Positions 1 through 10,373 of a DNA stretch of 64,000 nucleotides are shown here, piece after piece. The notes below the pieces were generated by a model that searched no databases, was not told the origin of the DNA, and worked only from the letters and a program-made list of their open reading frames with translations. Source of the DNA: Candidatus Spongiisociaceae bacterium. Lineage in GTDB: Bacteria > Actinomycetota > Acidimicrobiia > Spongiisociales > Spongiisociaceae. Within the stretch, counting starts at the first letter, position 1. The number at the start of each line of letters is the position of its first letter. The stretch is taken from NCBI GenBank assembly GCA_965262915.1, contig OZ253564.1, forward strand, positions 3,136,001 through 3,200,000, in the 5' to 3' direction. The translations under genes were made by a program, and so were the position numbers.

Positions 1-4
1 GGGG

Positions 5-751
5 GTGATCGCCGCCGCGCCGCTTATCGCCCCCGACCCGCTCGCCCAGGACCTGACGTCGCCCCTGGCCGGCCCGAGCGCCGGACACTGGCTGGGTACC
101 GACAACCTGGGACGCGACCTGTGGTCGCGGATCCTCTACGGGGGTCGGGTGTCGCTCGTGATCGGCATCTTCGTCCTCCTGACGGCGGGCGCGGTCGGCG
201 TGCTGTACGGCGCGGTGTCCGGATACGCGGGCGGGATGGTCGACGCGGTGATGATGCGGATCGTCGACATCTTCCTGTCGTTTCCTTCCATCATGCTGGC
301 CCTTCTGATATCCGCCGCCCTCGGTCCGAGCATCCGCAACACCATCATCGCTATCGCTACCGCGTGGTGGCCCGTCTACGCGCGCCTGGTACGCGGCCAG
401 GTAATAGCCGTCAAGGAGCGGGAGTTCGTGACGGCTTCCCGGGCGCTCGGGGCAGGCCCGATCCGCAACCTGTTCCGGACGGTCCTCCCGAACAGCTTCG
501 GGGTGATGAAGACGATCTTCGTCCTCGACATCGGCTACGCCATCCTGGCCGGTTCCACGCTCAGCTTCCTGGGTCTCGGCGTCTCGCTGCCGACGCCCGA
601 GTGGGGGGTGATGATCCGGGAGGCCCTTCAGTACCCGACCCACTGGTGGTTCATCCTTAGCCCCGGTCTCGCCCTGCTGCTGTTCGTGTCGGCCATCAAC
701 TTCGCCGGGGGTATCGTGACCCGGTCGGTCCATGAAGTCCCCGGTCGCTGA
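5..751 (+). CDS. Oligopeptide/dipeptide ABC transporter permease (OppC/DppC family), 5' end probably outside the window
   Basis: HWLGTDNLGRD motif, EAA-like loop 'EFVTASRALGA', 'SFLGLG..PTPEWG'; followed by two ABC ATPases. Confidence 0.92.
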   Translation: MIAAAPLIAPDPLAQDLTSPLAGPSAGHWLGTDNLGRDLWSRILYGGRVSLVIGIFVLLTAGAVGVLYGAVSGYAGGMVDAVMMRIVDIFLSFPSIMLALLISAALGPSIRNTIIAIATAWWPVYARLVRGQVIAVKEREFVTASRALGAGPIRNLFRTVLPNSFGVMKTIFVLDIGYAILAGSTLSFLGLGVSLPTPEWGVMIREALQYPTHWWFILSPGLALLLFVSAINFAGGIVTRSVHEVPGR

Positions 752-1856
752 ATCCCGCGCGGAGGCCGCCGCGTCGCCCGGCCCGGACCGGCCCCTGCTG
801 TCGGTAAGGGATCTGAACGTCACCTTCCGGGCGAAGTCGCGGGTACGGGCGGTGCGGGGGGTCTCCTACGACCTGTCGGCAGGCGAACAGGTCGGCCTGG
901 TCGGTGAGAGCGGATCGGGCAAGAGTGCCGGAGCTCTCGCGCTGGTGCGGTTGTTACCAGACTACGCCGATGTGTCCGGGAGAGTGATGCTGGACGGCGC
1001 CGATCTGTTGCGGTTTACCGAGCGTGAACTACGGGAAGTCCGGGGTGACCGCGTGGGGATCGTCTACCAGGACCCCTTCAGCTCCCTGAACCCGGTACTG
1101 ACGATCGGGAAGCAACTCACCGAGGTCCTCCGCACGCATAAGGGGCTCGGAGCGAGGGCGGCGCACCGGGAGGCGGCCCGACTGCTGGGAACCGTGGGGG
1201 TTCCCAACGCGGAGGAACGTATCTCCGACTATCCCCACCAGTTCTCCGGAGGCATGCGGCAGCGCGCCGTCATAGCCATGGCGGTGGCACCCCGGCCCGC
1301 ACTCCTGATCGCGGACGAGCCGACCACCGCCCTCGATGTCACTGTACAGGCCCAGATCCTGGAATTGCTCCAGGATCTGACTTCCGAGCACGAGACCACG
1401 ATGCTGCTCATCACCCACGACCTGGGTGTAGTGGCCGGCGTCACGCAGCGGGTGATGGTCATGTACGCGGGGCGCATAGTCGAGTCCTCCTCCACCGAGG
1501 ACGTGTTCACGAGAGCATCCCATCCCTATACGGTCGCTCTTCACAGATCCCTACCACGGATCGATGTCCGCCAAGAGCGGCTGGTGACGATCGAGGGCCA
1601 GCCTCCCGACCCGACACAACCTGTCAGGGGATGTCCCTTCGCTGCCAGGTGCCCTTCCAGGATCGATCGATGCGCCGACGAGGACCCGCCGTTGATGACC
1701 ATCCCCACCGCCCGTCGTGCCGCTGCCCGGGGTTGGGACATCCCGTCGATCCGCGAGGAGGACGGAGACCAGGTTCCGGGACCGGCGAGCCCCCACCTGA
1801 CCGCCTGCTGGAACCCTCCGGAACCTGCAGGAGACGAACGAGGATCGGCCCGATGA
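732..1856 (+). CDS. Oligopeptide ABC transporter ATP-binding subunit (OppD/DppD family)
   Basis: Walker A GESGSGKS, signature [20 protein letters not shown]-terminal HPY and GCPFAARC. Confidence 0.95.
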   Translation: MKSPVAESRAEAAASPGPDRPLLSVRDLNVTFRAKSRVRAVRGVSYDLSAGEQVGLVGESGSGKSAGALALVRLLPDYADVSGRVMLDGADLLRFTERELREVRGDRVGIVYQDPFSSLNPVLTIGKQLTEVLRTHKGLGARAAHREAARLLGTVGVPNAEERISDYPHQFSGGMRQRAVIAMAVAPRPALLIADEPTTALDVTVQAQILELLQDLTSEHETTMLLITHDLGVVAGVTQRVMVMYAGRIVESSSTEDVFTRASHPYTVALHRSLPRIDVRQERLVTIEGQPPDPTQPVRGCPFAARCPSRIDRCADEDPPLMTIPTARRAAARGWDIPSIREEDGDQVPGPASPHLTACWNPPEPAGDERGSAR

Positions 1857-2950
1857 GCACCGAGCAGGTTGCGAGTCCGGCCCTGGTCGAGGTCCAGGAC
1901 CTGCGGGTTTGGTTTCCGGCAGGGCGGGGATCGTCGACCAAGCGGCGCGGCTTTATCAAAGCGGTGGACGGGGTTACGTTCAACGTCCGTCGCGGCGAAA
2001 CCCTGGGTCTGGTGGGTGAGTCGGGATGCGGCAAGACAACGACCGCCCGGGCGATCCTCAAACTCCTGGACCCGACGGAGGGACGCGTCTTGTTCGACGG
2101 CGTCGATCTGTCAACCGTCTCGCGTAGAGAACTCCGGCTGATACGACGCCGGATGCAGCCGGTATTTCAGGACCCGTTCTCCAGCCTAAACCCGCAGCGC
2201 ACGGTGGGGGGGATAGTCGCTGAGCCGCTCGTCATCCACCGCCAGGGATCGGCATCGCAGCGCAGGGAACGGGTCTCCGAACTGCTCGATACGGTCGGGC
2301 TGCCGCCTGACGCCGTCGGCCGCTACCCGCACGCGTTCAGCGGAGGCCAGCGCCAACGCATCGCCATAGCCCGGGCCATGGCCCTGCAACCGGACCTGAT
2401 CATCGCCGACGAGCCGGTCAGCGCTCTCGACGTGAGCATCCGTGCCCAGATACTCAACCTGCTCAGCGACCTCCAGCGGGAGTTCCACCTCACCTACCTG
2501 GTCATCGCGCACGACCTCGCCCTCGTGCGCCAGGTGACCGACCGGGTGGCGGTGATGTACCTCGGGAAGATCGTCGAGTTGCGGCCCACCGAGGACCTTT
2601 ACCGGCGACCGCTCCACCCGTATACGGTTGCCCTCCTGTCGTCGGCGCCAATTCCCGACACCAAGGCCGAGGCGACCCGGCAACGCATAGTGTTGGAGGG
2701 TGACGTACCGAGCCCTGCCAACCCGCCGACGGGTTGCCGCTTCCACACCCGTTGCTGGCTCCGGCGGAATCTGGGCAACCCGGAAGTATGCACAACGGAG
2801 GCACCTTCTCTGGCTCCGGCCGGGGAGCAGGCCGCCTCAGGAGCAGTGGCTTGCCACTTTCCCGACGAGGTGGAGAACTCCCGCGAACGGCGCGAGACGT
2901 TGGTGGCCCTCACCGGTTCGAGGGGATCCTCCCCTGGTGAGAGCCACTAG
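1853..2950 (+). CDS. Oligopeptide ABC transporter ATP-binding subunit (OppF/DppF family)
   Basis: [33 protein letters not shown]; start ATG 1853 overlaps the upstream stop (ATGA). Confidence 0.95.
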   Translation: MSTEQVASPALVEVQDLRVWFPAGRGSSTKRRGFIKAVDGVTFNVRRGETLGLVGESGCGKTTTARAILKLLDPTEGRVLFDGVDLSTVSRRELRLIRRRMQPVFQDPFSSLNPQRTVGGIVAEPLVIHRQGSASQRRERVSELLDTVGLPPDAVGRYPHAFSGGQRQRIAIARAMALQPDLIIADEPVSALDVSIRAQILNLLSDLQREFHLTYLVIAHDLALVRQVTDRVAVMYLGKIVELRPTEDLYRRPLHPYTVALLSSAPIPDTKAEATRQRIVLEGDVPSPANPPTGCRFHTRCWLRRNLGNPEVCTTEAPSLAPAGEQAASGAVACHFPDEVENSRERRETLVALTGSRGSSPGESH

Positions 2951-2994
2951 TCAGAGCGGGCACCGGAATCCATGCTTCGCGGGTCGCACTGGCC

Positions 2995-3297
2995 TCAGGA
3001 GGTTCCGTCCTGCTCGTCTCCAAGCCAGCCGGGGCTCGACGACTCGCCAGCCGGGGCCTCGCTCGCCTCCCAGGGCTGATTGCCATGACCACTCTCCTCC
3101 GGGCCCCTCTTCTTGTTCTCCTTGGAGGTGAACAAGGGACTCATCAGCGCGGCACCGACGAGGATCACCGCTGCTGGCAGGAGCCAGCGCGGAGGATCGA
3201 ACAACCATCCTTGGTCGGGGACGGCGATCCAGGCGGCGAGCAGGATCAGGATGATTCCGAACGCCAAGGGAAAGACATTGAATGGATGGCGCTTCAT
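2995..3297 (-). CDS. Small membrane protein (2 TM helices) of the PspC locus
   Basis: Two hydrophobic segments; ATGA-coupled to the upstream PspC gene. Confidence 0.75.
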   Translation of the reverse strand: MKRHPFNVFPLAFGIILILLAAWIAVPDQGWLFDPPRWLLPAAVILVGAALMSPLFTSKENKKRGPEESGHGNQPWEASEAPAGESSSPGWLGDEQDGTS

Positions 3298-4469
3298 CGC
3301 TCCTCCTCCATGATCACACTCCTTTCGACCGGCCAGGATTTCACCTCGACCCGGCCTATGCCAACGTCTGCGTCGAGCAGCAGCGTGCCCGCTGAGCCCT
3401 CCAAGCGGTAGGAGCCGTCGAGTCCGAGGCCGTGTTGTTCCACGTCGCCTACCTGCAACACCCCTATACCCACGTCGCCGGTTACGCTCGCGGACACGCC
3501 GTCCGGAAGCCGGACCAGTACCTGACCGATTCCCACGTCGGCTTGCGTGGCCACGGTCTGACCGGCGAAGTCGACATCCCTCAGGTCGATAAGCAGCGAA
3601 CCTATACCCATCTGGTACTCATCGAGTATCTCTCCCACGGAAGTGGGCCGATGGTCGGACCGCTCGGTCGATGTGAAGTCGAAATCGATAGACGATTTCT
3701 GGTCGACCAGCTCCGGTATCGGTGACAGGACCAGGAAAGGTACCAGGAGGACGCCGAGCACGATCAGGCCTCCCGGGCGACCGAACCAAGCCCCGACAAC
3801 CAGACCGACGCCTATGACCGCTACCAACAACGCCACGTAGTGGCGGAACTGGGGATGGAAACCGGGAACGATACTGTCGAATAGGCCGAGCACTCCCAGC
3901 GCCAGCACGGCGAACCCCACCGACACCCTGCCAAGAAGCGAAGTCTCCTGCACCGGTGGTGGCGTCCGCACCGGCGGCACGGACGGGGTCCCGACCGGCG
4001 GGTCGTTGGCCGTACTGGAGGGCATGGCCTGCGCGGACGACGATGCAGCAGGTTGGGCATGCGGCAGGGCGGAGTCCTGCTGGCTGTCTCCACGGCTCAA
4101 GTCTCCGCGGTAGAGCATCACGCCGATACCGATCAGTACCACCGCGAACGCCAGGTCACCCCTGATGAGGCCTGTCTCGCTGACCAGGATGATGACGGCG
4201 AGACCGACAAGAATCACGCCCACCCACCGCCGGGCCTGGCCGGTACCCAACCAGCCCTGCACGATCGCATCGGTCTCACCCTCACCGGGGATCAGCAGCC
4301 AGCCCGCCACGTACAGGAGGGCTCCCAGCCCGCCTGCGAAGCAGAGCAGGGCGAAGGCGATGCGGAGGATCCATACCGGGATTCCGAAACGCCGGCTCAC
4401 ACCGGCCGCTACCCCTGCCAGCCAGCGGCCCTCGTCAGGACGGTGAAGTGATGTGGTTCTGTTAGTCAT
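3294..4469 (-). CDS. PspC domain membrane protein with C-terminal LiaF/DUF2154-like beta-rich domain
   Basis: N-terminal 'R..EGRWLAGVAAGVSRRFGIP..ILRI..YVAGWLLIP' PspC motif; C-terminal repeated 'GIG.L.(I)DL/DVGIG.V'. Confidence 0.88.
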   Translation of the reverse strand: MTNRTTSLHRPDEGRWLAGVAAGVSRRFGIPVWILRIAFALLCFAGGLGALLYVAGWLLIPGEGETDAIVQGWLGTGQARRWVGVILVGLAVIILVSETGLIRGDLAFAVVLIGIGVMLYRGDLSRGDSQQDSALPHAQPAASSSAQAMPSSTANDPPVGTPSVPPVRTPPPVQETSLLGRVSVGFAVLALGVLGLFDSIVPGFHPQFRHYVALLVAVIGVGLVVGAWFGRPGGLIVLGVLLVPFLVLSPIPELVDQKSSIDFDFTSTERSDHRPTSVGEILDEYQMGIGSLLIDLRDVDFAGQTVATQADVGIGQVLVRLPDGVSASVTGDVGIGVLQVGDVEQHGLGLDGSYRLEGSAGTLLLDADVGIGRVEVKSWPVERSVIMEEER

Positions 4470-4500
4470 GCCGTTACTATCCGGCAGTTCGAACGGATTG

Positions 4501-4563
4501 TCTATGGGGTATCACCCTGGTCTATCCCTGAGGGCCTAGGGGCCGGTAGGGGTATGTCACCGG
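4501..4563. promoter_or_regulatory. Putative response-regulator operator repeats in the divergent pspC / kinase promoter
   Basis: Repeated, oppositely oriented (T/C)AGGG(G) boxes: GGGGTATCACCCTG, ATCCCTGA, TAGGGG..TAGGGGTATGTCACC. Confidence 0.45.
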
Positions 4564-4599
4564 TTGTTGGCGCCAACCTGCGGTGAGACAATGTTCGGC

Positions 4600-5787
4600 A
4601 TGGAGACCACAGGATCAGCCCGCTTCCAGCTCATCGGCGGCATGATCTCGAGACGGCAGCAGGGCCGCCTGATCGCCGGCGTCGCCGGCGGAATCGCCGA
4701 TCGCCTTGGCGTCGCTGATCTGTACGTTCGTGCCGGTTTCCTGGTTCTGGCACTCATATGGGGCATCGGAGTGATCGTCTACCTGGTGCTATGGGCGGTC
4801 ACCCTGGACCGCACCGACCATCCGCCGCCGTCCCAACCCGTATCGGCAGAGCGGAGGGCAGGGTACCTCCTGATGTTCGCGGGCGGTCTGCTGGTACTCC
4901 GCACCATCGGGGTCTGGAGCGGCGACCAGTTGGTTTGGCCCGGGGCAGCGGTGATTCTCGGTGTCGCATTCCTGGTGGACCGGCGCGATATCGATCCACG
5001 TTCCGCGATCCTGGCACTCTTCGATCCGAATAGCGGCAGGTTCCGGAGCCGGACCATCATCGGGATCGTGCTCCTAGTGGTCGGATTGTCGATCCTGGCC
5101 GCGGCCGTCCCCGCGGTGGAGACGGTGGTGCTGGCGGTGCTGGTGACAGGCGTCGGGATGGCGGTGCTGTTCGGACCATGGGTGTGGAGGCTGGTGGCCG
5201 ACCTGGGCGCCGAACGGAGCAAGCGGATCCGCGAGGAGGAGCGAGCCGATATGGCCGCCCACCTGCACGACTCCGTACTGCAGACCCTGGCTCTGATCCA
5301 GCGGACCGACGATCCTAGGCGGGTGGTCACCCTGGCCCGTGTCCAGGAGCGGGAACTGCGCCGCTGGCTGTACAGCTCGAGGCCGGCTGACGGCCAGGAG
5401 CTACTGTCGGGCGAACTGCAGAAGGAGGCGGACCGCATCGAGAACACCTTCGACGTCCCCGTGGAACTGGTAACGGTCGGTGACCGGCCGATCGACGATC
5501 ATGTCCGGGCGATGGTGGCGGCGGCGGGCGAAGCTCTCACCAACGCCGCCCGGCATTCAGGAGCCGATCAGATATCGGTCTACTCCGAGGTGACCGAAGG
5601 ATCATCCGATGTCTGGGTCACCGATCTGGGCAAGGGTTTCGACACCCGCCGGGTTGCCTCGGATCGCCGTGGTATAGCCGAGTCGATAGTCAGCCGGATG
5701 CAGAGCCACGGTGGGATCGCCACCGTCTCATCCGAACCCGGGGAAGGCACCGAGGTACACCTCCAGCTGAGGGGGGAACGACAATGA
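4600..5787 (+). CDS. PspC domain-containing sensor histidine kinase (HisKA_3 type)
   Basis: N-terminal PspC motif; H-box 'MAAHLHDSVLQTL', N-box 'EALTNAARHS', G boxes 'DLGKGF', 'PGEGT'; start 4600 chosen from GACAAT-N7-ATG (ORF track start 4564). Confidence 0.92.
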   Translation: METTGSARFQLIGGMISRRQQGRLIAGVAGGIADRLGVADLYVRAGFLVLALIWGIGVIVYLVLWAVTLDRTDHPPPSQPVSAERRAGYLLMFAGGLLVLRTIGVWSGDQLVWPGAAVILGVAFLVDRRDIDPRSAILALFDPNSGRFRSRTIIGIVLLVVGLSILAAAVPAVETVVLAVLVTGVGMAVLFGPWVWRLVADLGAERSKRIREEERADMAAHLHDSVLQTLALIQRTDDPRRVVTLARVQERELRRWLYSSRPADGQELLSGELQKEADRIENTFDVPVELVTVGDRPIDDHVRAMVAAAGEALTNAARHSGADQISVYSEVTEGSSDVWVTDLGKGFDTRRVASDRRGIAESIVSRMQSHGGIATVSSEPGEGTEVHLQLRGERQ

Positions 5788-6422
5788 TCAAGGTGTTCTT
5801 GGTAGATGACCACCGGCTGTTCCTCTCCGGAGTCAAGGCCGAACTGACGGGCCGGGACGGCATGATCCTGAGCGGCACCGCTCAAGACGTCGACGAGGCT
5901 ATCGACGCATTGCGGCAAGACCCCCCGGATGTTGCTTTGGTGGACGTCCACATGCCGGGAGGCGGTGGTCTGGCCGTAGTCGAGAATATCCGAGAGACCA
6001 ACCCCGACGTGAAGTTCCTCGCTCTTTCGGTTTCGGACGCGGCCGAGGACGTGATCGCCATGATCCGGGCCGGTGCCAGAGGGTACGTCACCAAGTCCAT
6101 CGGACCCAACGAACTGGCCGACGCCATCACGAGGGTGCACGCGGGCGACGCTGTCTTCTCCCCCATGCTGGCCGGTTTCGTCCTCGACAGGTTCGCGGCC
6201 AATGTTCCCCCGCCGTCCGATCCGGAACTCGACCGGCTCACCGCACGCGAGAAGGAGGTCCTCCGCCTGATCGCCCGCGGCTATCCCTACAAGCAAGTGG
6301 CCAAACGGCTCTACATCAGCGTCAAGACGGTTGAGTCCCACGTCTCGGCCGTGCTACGGAAGCTGCAGCTATCCAGCCGCTACGAACTGGCCCACTGGGC
6401 GAGCAACCGCCGCCTCGTCTGA
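5784..6422 (+). CDS. NarL/LuxR-family response regulator
   Basis: Receiver 'VFLVDDH..DVHMPG..GYVTK'; LuxR HTH 'LTAREKEVLRLIARG..ISVKTVESHV'. Confidence 0.96.
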   Translation: MIKVFLVDDHRLFLSGVKAELTGRDGMILSGTAQDVDEAIDALRQDPPDVALVDVHMPGGGGLAVVENIRETNPDVKFLALSVSDAAEDVIAMIRAGARGYVTKSIGPNELADAITRVHAGDAVFSPMLAGFVLDRFAANVPPPSDPELDRLTAREKEVLRLIARGYPYKQVAKRLYISVKTVESHVSAVLRKLQLSSRYELAHWASNRRLV

Positions 6423-6438
6423 CCGGCCGGGCTACCGG

Positions 6439-7182
6439 CTAACCGAGCATCTCCCCCCGATCCACCACGGCGACCTCACCCGTGATCGAATCGTTGGTGA
6501 TCAGCCCCATAAGAGACCGCACCACGTCCTCCACCGGTACGAGAGGCACCGCTCCGGACCGGATTTCACGGGCACGATCGTGTGGCACGTAACGATCGAT
6601 CCACTCGGTATCCATCCATCCAGGCGCAACCGCGTTGACCTGTACCGCGGGTGCCAGCGCCAAGGCCATGCACCGGGTAAGAGACACCAGAGCCGCTTTC
6701 GATACCACGTAGGGAATGGAACTGCCCGTGCTGGTCAAAGCGGAATTGGAGGCCACATTGATGATCTTGCCCGCGCCCCGGGCTTGCATCCCGGATGCCA
6801 CCGCCTGCGAGCAGAGGAAGGCACCCGTGACGTTCACGTCCATGATCCGCCGCCACTCCTCCACCGCCAGTGATTGGAGTTCGTCGAACGGCAGGTAGTG
6901 GGTGGTACCCGCATTGTTGACGAGGATCTCCACCGGTCCCAACGCCTTCTCGACCGAAGCCACCATCGCAGCGACGGCGGAATCGTCGCTGATGTCGGCC
7001 TGGACTGCCAGGGATCTCCCTCCCCGGCCCTCGATCTGCTGGGCAACTCGCTCGGCCGCAGCGCGTGACCTCGAGTAGTTCACGGCCACCAGACCACCGA
7101 CCTGAGCCAATGCGAAGGCTGTCTCGCGCCCCAGACCGGTACCGGCGCCGGTCACCAGCGCCACTCGTCCGTCCAAGTCCAT
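6439..7182 (-). CDS. Short-chain dehydrogenase/reductase (FabG-like)
   Basis: TGAGTGLG, LVNNAG, YxxxK (YVVSK), VNAVAPG; GGAGGT RBS before ATG 7182. Confidence 0.93.
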   Translation of the reverse strand: MDLDGRVALVTGAGTGLGRETAFALAQVGGLVAVNYSRSRAAAERVAQQIEGRGGRSLAVQADISDDSAVAAMVASVEKALGPVEILVNNAGTTHYLPFDELQSLAVEEWRRIMDVNVTGAFLCSQAVASGMQARGAGKIINVASNSALTSTGSSIPYVVSKAALVSLTRCMALALAPAVQVNAVAPGWMDTEWIDRYVPHDRAREIRSGAVPLVPVEDVVRSLMGLITNDSITGEVAVVDRGEMLG

Positions 7183-7620
7183 CGCTACCTCCTCGGTGTT
7201 CGGCTCGGGCGACAGGCCAGGTCCGCAACGACCGCGCCACACCACACTGCCGGCAAGGAGATTGACCCTGTCACACCCTCACTGCATGGTACGTATCCCA
7301 AACACCCGGTGGCTTGAGATCCGACGTCACATCAGCCATCCGAGGGGATCATCAAAGATCGGAACCAGCAGCCCCACATCGGGCCGGACGGACCACGTTC
7401 CGATCCCAGGCACGGTGGTGGAGGGGGCGGGCCCAGCGGGCGGATGAGCCGCGCCGGTCTTGGCGACCTGCTCGCCCGAGCGGTCCTTCGTCAAGCGAGC
7501 TTGCTCTCAGCCTCGCCCGGTCCGATTCGATACCTTTCCGCGGTAGGCCGGACGGCTTCGCTATCCAGGGCTCTGATCTCTTGCAACCCATGCCGGCGGG
7601 CCATACCCCACCGCTCCGGG

Positions 7621-8781
7621 TCATACCTGACGACTCGCCCCTCGGCGACGGTAAGCGTCGATACCTGCCAGCAGGCGCTCAACATCGCCTGAGGTGTTGT
7701 AGAGGTGGGGGTCGGCGCGGACCCGATCGTCTTCGGGATAGCCCCAGACGTCCACGCCCAGCTTCCGCAGATAGCGGCACAACGGCACCGCACCCCCGAA
7801 GTGGAAGGCCACCACCCCTGCCCGGTCGGCCCGGCTCGCCGGCGTGAGTATCTCGATCTCCCGTTCGGCCAACCCATCGATCATCCGATCCGTCAGGTCC
7901 AGGACGTGGTGTTCGATGGCGGGGATGCCTGCCTCGAGAATGATGTCCAGTCCTCTGCGAGCTGCCGCTATACCCGGAAGGTCGGCGAGACCGATCTCGT
8001 GGCGGGCCGCTCCCGGGCGGAAGGAGAGGTGCCCGGGCTCGTCAAGCCCTTCCTTCCAGTGAGCACCGATGTATCCGACGTGGGGCGGCGGTAGGGCTTC
8101 GAGGTGTTCCCTGCGGCTATAGATGAAACCCAGCCCGGGCGGACCGAGCAACCACTTCATCAGCGTGCCGCTCATGAAGTCGACTCCATCTTCCGCAGCG
8201 TCGATGGGAACGGCGCCTGCGGACTGGGCAGCGTCGACGATCAGGTATCCTCCTGCTCCGTGGGCGAGGTCGGCAAGACGGCCGAGGTCGTGACGGAACC
8301 CGGTGCGAGCGTCGACATGGGAGACGATCACTGCGACAGTGTCCTCGTTCACGCGTTCCTCAATCCCGGCCGCCCAACTCGACGGCGGTCCGACGGGAGC
8401 CTTACGGACCTCCACGGGGCTCCGGCCGGGCAGCAGCCAGGGCCAGACGGCGCTCGGATGGGAGGTCGGATCCGTGACGATGTTGGCACCGGGAGGGGAT
8501 TCGATCATCTGGACCGCCAGGTTCGATCCCCTAGAGGTATTGTCGACTATGGCGATCTCGCCAGCATCGGCTCCCAACACAGCTGCTAACCGGGCCTTGA
8601 GGATCTCCCACTCGTCGAAGTAGCGCGCCCGGTGATAGGCCGGATCGAACATCCACCGATCGGACCACTCGTCGAGCGCCGCCTTGACGGGGATCGCAGC
8701 CGGAGCAAGACCCCCTGCGAACAGGTAGGCACGGGTCTCGGTGATCGGGAAGAGCGGGCGGTAGCGATCCGTCAGGACCAC
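7621..8781 (-). CDS. Class V PLP-dependent aminotransferase (cysteine desulfurase/kynureninase-like fold)
   Basis: 'DAAQSAG', PLP-lysine 'GTLMKWLLGPPGLGF', 'HLYNT'; GTG 8781 overlaps the upstream stop. Confidence 0.88.
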   Translation of the reverse strand: MVLTDRYRPLFPITETRAYLFAGGLAPAAIPVKAALDEWSDRWMFDPAYHRARYFDEWEILKARLAAVLGADAGEIAIVDNTSRGSNLAVQMIESPPGANIVTDPTSHPSAVWPWLLPGRSPVEVRKAPVGPPSSWAAGIEERVNEDTVAVIVSHVDARTGFRHDLGRLADLAHGAGGYLIVDAAQSAGAVPIDAAEDGVDFMSGTLMKWLLGPPGLGFIYSRREHLEALPPPHVGYIGAHWKEGLDEPGHLSFRPGAARHEIGLADLPGIAAARRGLDIILEAGIPAIEHHVLDLTDRMIDGLAEREIEILTPASRADRAGVVAFHFGGAVPLCRYLRKLGVDVWGYPEDDRVRADPHLYNTSGDVERLLAGIDAYRRRGASRQV

Positions 8782-10343
8782 GCGGGAATCTCGACGATCG
8801 TGGGACCGTCCACCGATAAGGCAACGTCCACCGCCAGAGCCAGGTCGTCCGGTTCGTCCGCCCGGGTCCATCGGATGTTGTAAGCCGTGGCCAGGGCGGC
8901 CAGATCGGGAACGTGGAGGTCGGTGGCCAGAGGCTCGAAACCGCGCTCGCGCATCAGTCGGCGTATCTCACCGAAGGCGCGGTCGTTCCAGACCACCACC
9001 GGCAGAGTGAGATCGTGCTGTACGGCCACCATCAACTCGGACATCGTGAACATGAAACCGCCGTCTCCCACCAGGGCCGCCACCGCTCGCTCGGGTCGAG
9101 CGATCTTGGCGCCGATCGCCGCCGGCAGCGCGTATCCCAACGTTCCCAGGCCGGACGGGTTCATCCAGGTGCGTGCTCCGGGCAGGTCGTAAAAGGGATA
9201 GGCGCCGAAACCGGCCACCATCGCAACATCCAATGCGAGAGTGGAGTCGTCGGGCATGGCGGCGCGAAGGGCCTGGATCCAGGGAAGGTACGAGTGTCCC
9301 ATTACCAAGGCCTCCTTGTAGGCCGCGGCGCGCACCTCGGCGGCGCGCTCCCAGCCGTGCCTGGAAGCCAGACGAGACGCCTCCTCGATGAAGCTCGCTG
9401 CGGCGCGGGCATCCCCCACCACGGGAAGGTCGACCGGGTGGTTGACTCCGATCTGGTCCGCGTCGATGTCCACCTGGATGAGCTTCCCGCCGAGCCGGAG
9501 GGGCCCGGTCCAGAAGTCCGCCGGACTGAGTTCCGTCCCGAGGGCCAGCACCACGTCGCACTCCTCCAGGAACCGGGCCACCGACCGGTGGATAACCGAC
9601 GAGGCGGCCAAGGCATGGCCGGTGGGGATGACCCCCCTCCCATTCAACGTGGTCACGACGGGCGCGTCGATCCGGTCGGCCAGCCGGACCACCTCCTGGG
9701 CGGCCGCCACCGTCCCGCCCCCGACCACCACACCGGGACTCTCGGCCGACTCGAGCAACTCTGCCGCCCTATGCAGGACATCATCGTCGGGAGCAGGCGG
9801 ATCATCGTCGGGAGCGGGCGGAATCCGGGCGGTGGTCGGCGCCTCCTGGACGTCGACCGGAACGGTGAGGCATATGGGTCGGGGCCGCCCGGTGCGGAAA
9901 CGGCGGAACGCGGCGTGGACGGCTTCCGGGATCCGGTCGGGCGAGAGGATGAGGTGCGCTTCGTCGGTGATTCCCTCCAGGACCCTCTCCTGGGACCGCA
10001 GTTCGTGGGAGTGGCCCCTGGCCCGCCCGATGTCCTCGGTGACGATGTGGGCAGCGATACACAGCACGGGGACCGAGTCGGAGTAGGCCTCGGCGATCGC
10101 GGTCGCGGCGTTGGTCACTCCCGGCCCCGCGGTTACCAGGCACACTCCCGGCCGCCCTGTAGCGCGGGCGTACCCGTCCGCCATGAACGCGGCGCCTTGC
10201 TCATGGGTGGTCGTGACGTGCTCGATCTCCTTAACCTGTCCCAGCGCCCGGTAGATCTCCAGCGTGTGGGTGCTCGGAATGCCGAAGATGTGGCGGACCC
10301 CGTTCACCCGGAGCGATTCGATCAGTGCTTCGGCGCCGGTCAT
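8772..10343 (-). CDS. Thiamine pyrophosphate-dependent enzyme (acetolactate synthase-like; resembles 5-guanidino-2-oxopentanoate decarboxylase)
   Basis: 'FGIPSTHTL', '[14 protein letters not shown]', 'GPGVTN', TPP motif 'GDGGF..VVWND..FGEI'; RBS GGAGGT before ATG 10343. Confidence 0.9.
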   Translation of the reverse strand: MTGAEALIESLRVNGVRHIFGIPSTHTLEIYRALGQVKEIEHVTTTHEQGAAFMADGYARATGRPGVCLVTAGPGVTNAATAIAEAYSDSVPVLCIAAHIVTEDIGRARGHSHELRSQERVLEGITDEAHLILSPDRIPEAVHAAFRRFRTGRPRPICLTVPVDVQEAPTTARIPPAPDDDPPAPDDDVLHRAAELLESAESPGVVVGGGTVAAAQEVVRLADRIDAPVVTTLNGRGVIPTGHALAASSVIHRSVARFLEECDVVLALGTELSPADFWTGPLRLGGKLIQVDIDADQIGVNHPVDLPVVGDARAAASFIEEASRLASRHGWERAAEVRAAAYKEALVMGHSYLPWIQALRAAMPDDSTLALDVAMVAGFGAYPFYDLPGARTWMNPSGLGTLGYALPAAIGAKIARPERAVAALVGDGGFMFTMSELMVAVQHDLTLPVVVWNDRAFGEIRRLMRERGFEPLATDLHVPDLAALATAYNIRWTRADEPDDLALAVDVALSVDGPTIVEIPAWS

Positions 10344-10373
10344 CGAGGACCTCCCCCCGGGTAGGCTCGGCGC

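Noticed and set aside
9780-9822. 21-bp near-tandem duplication in the TPP enzyme (PPAPDDD x2)
   Set aside because: In-frame expansion of an interdomain linker, probably neutral.
8913-10364. Long antisense ORFs (e.g. 8913-10364, 16739-18022, 47660-48841, 50112-51503, 57754-58980)
   Set aside because: Shadow frames opposite recognised genes, with no motifs of their own.
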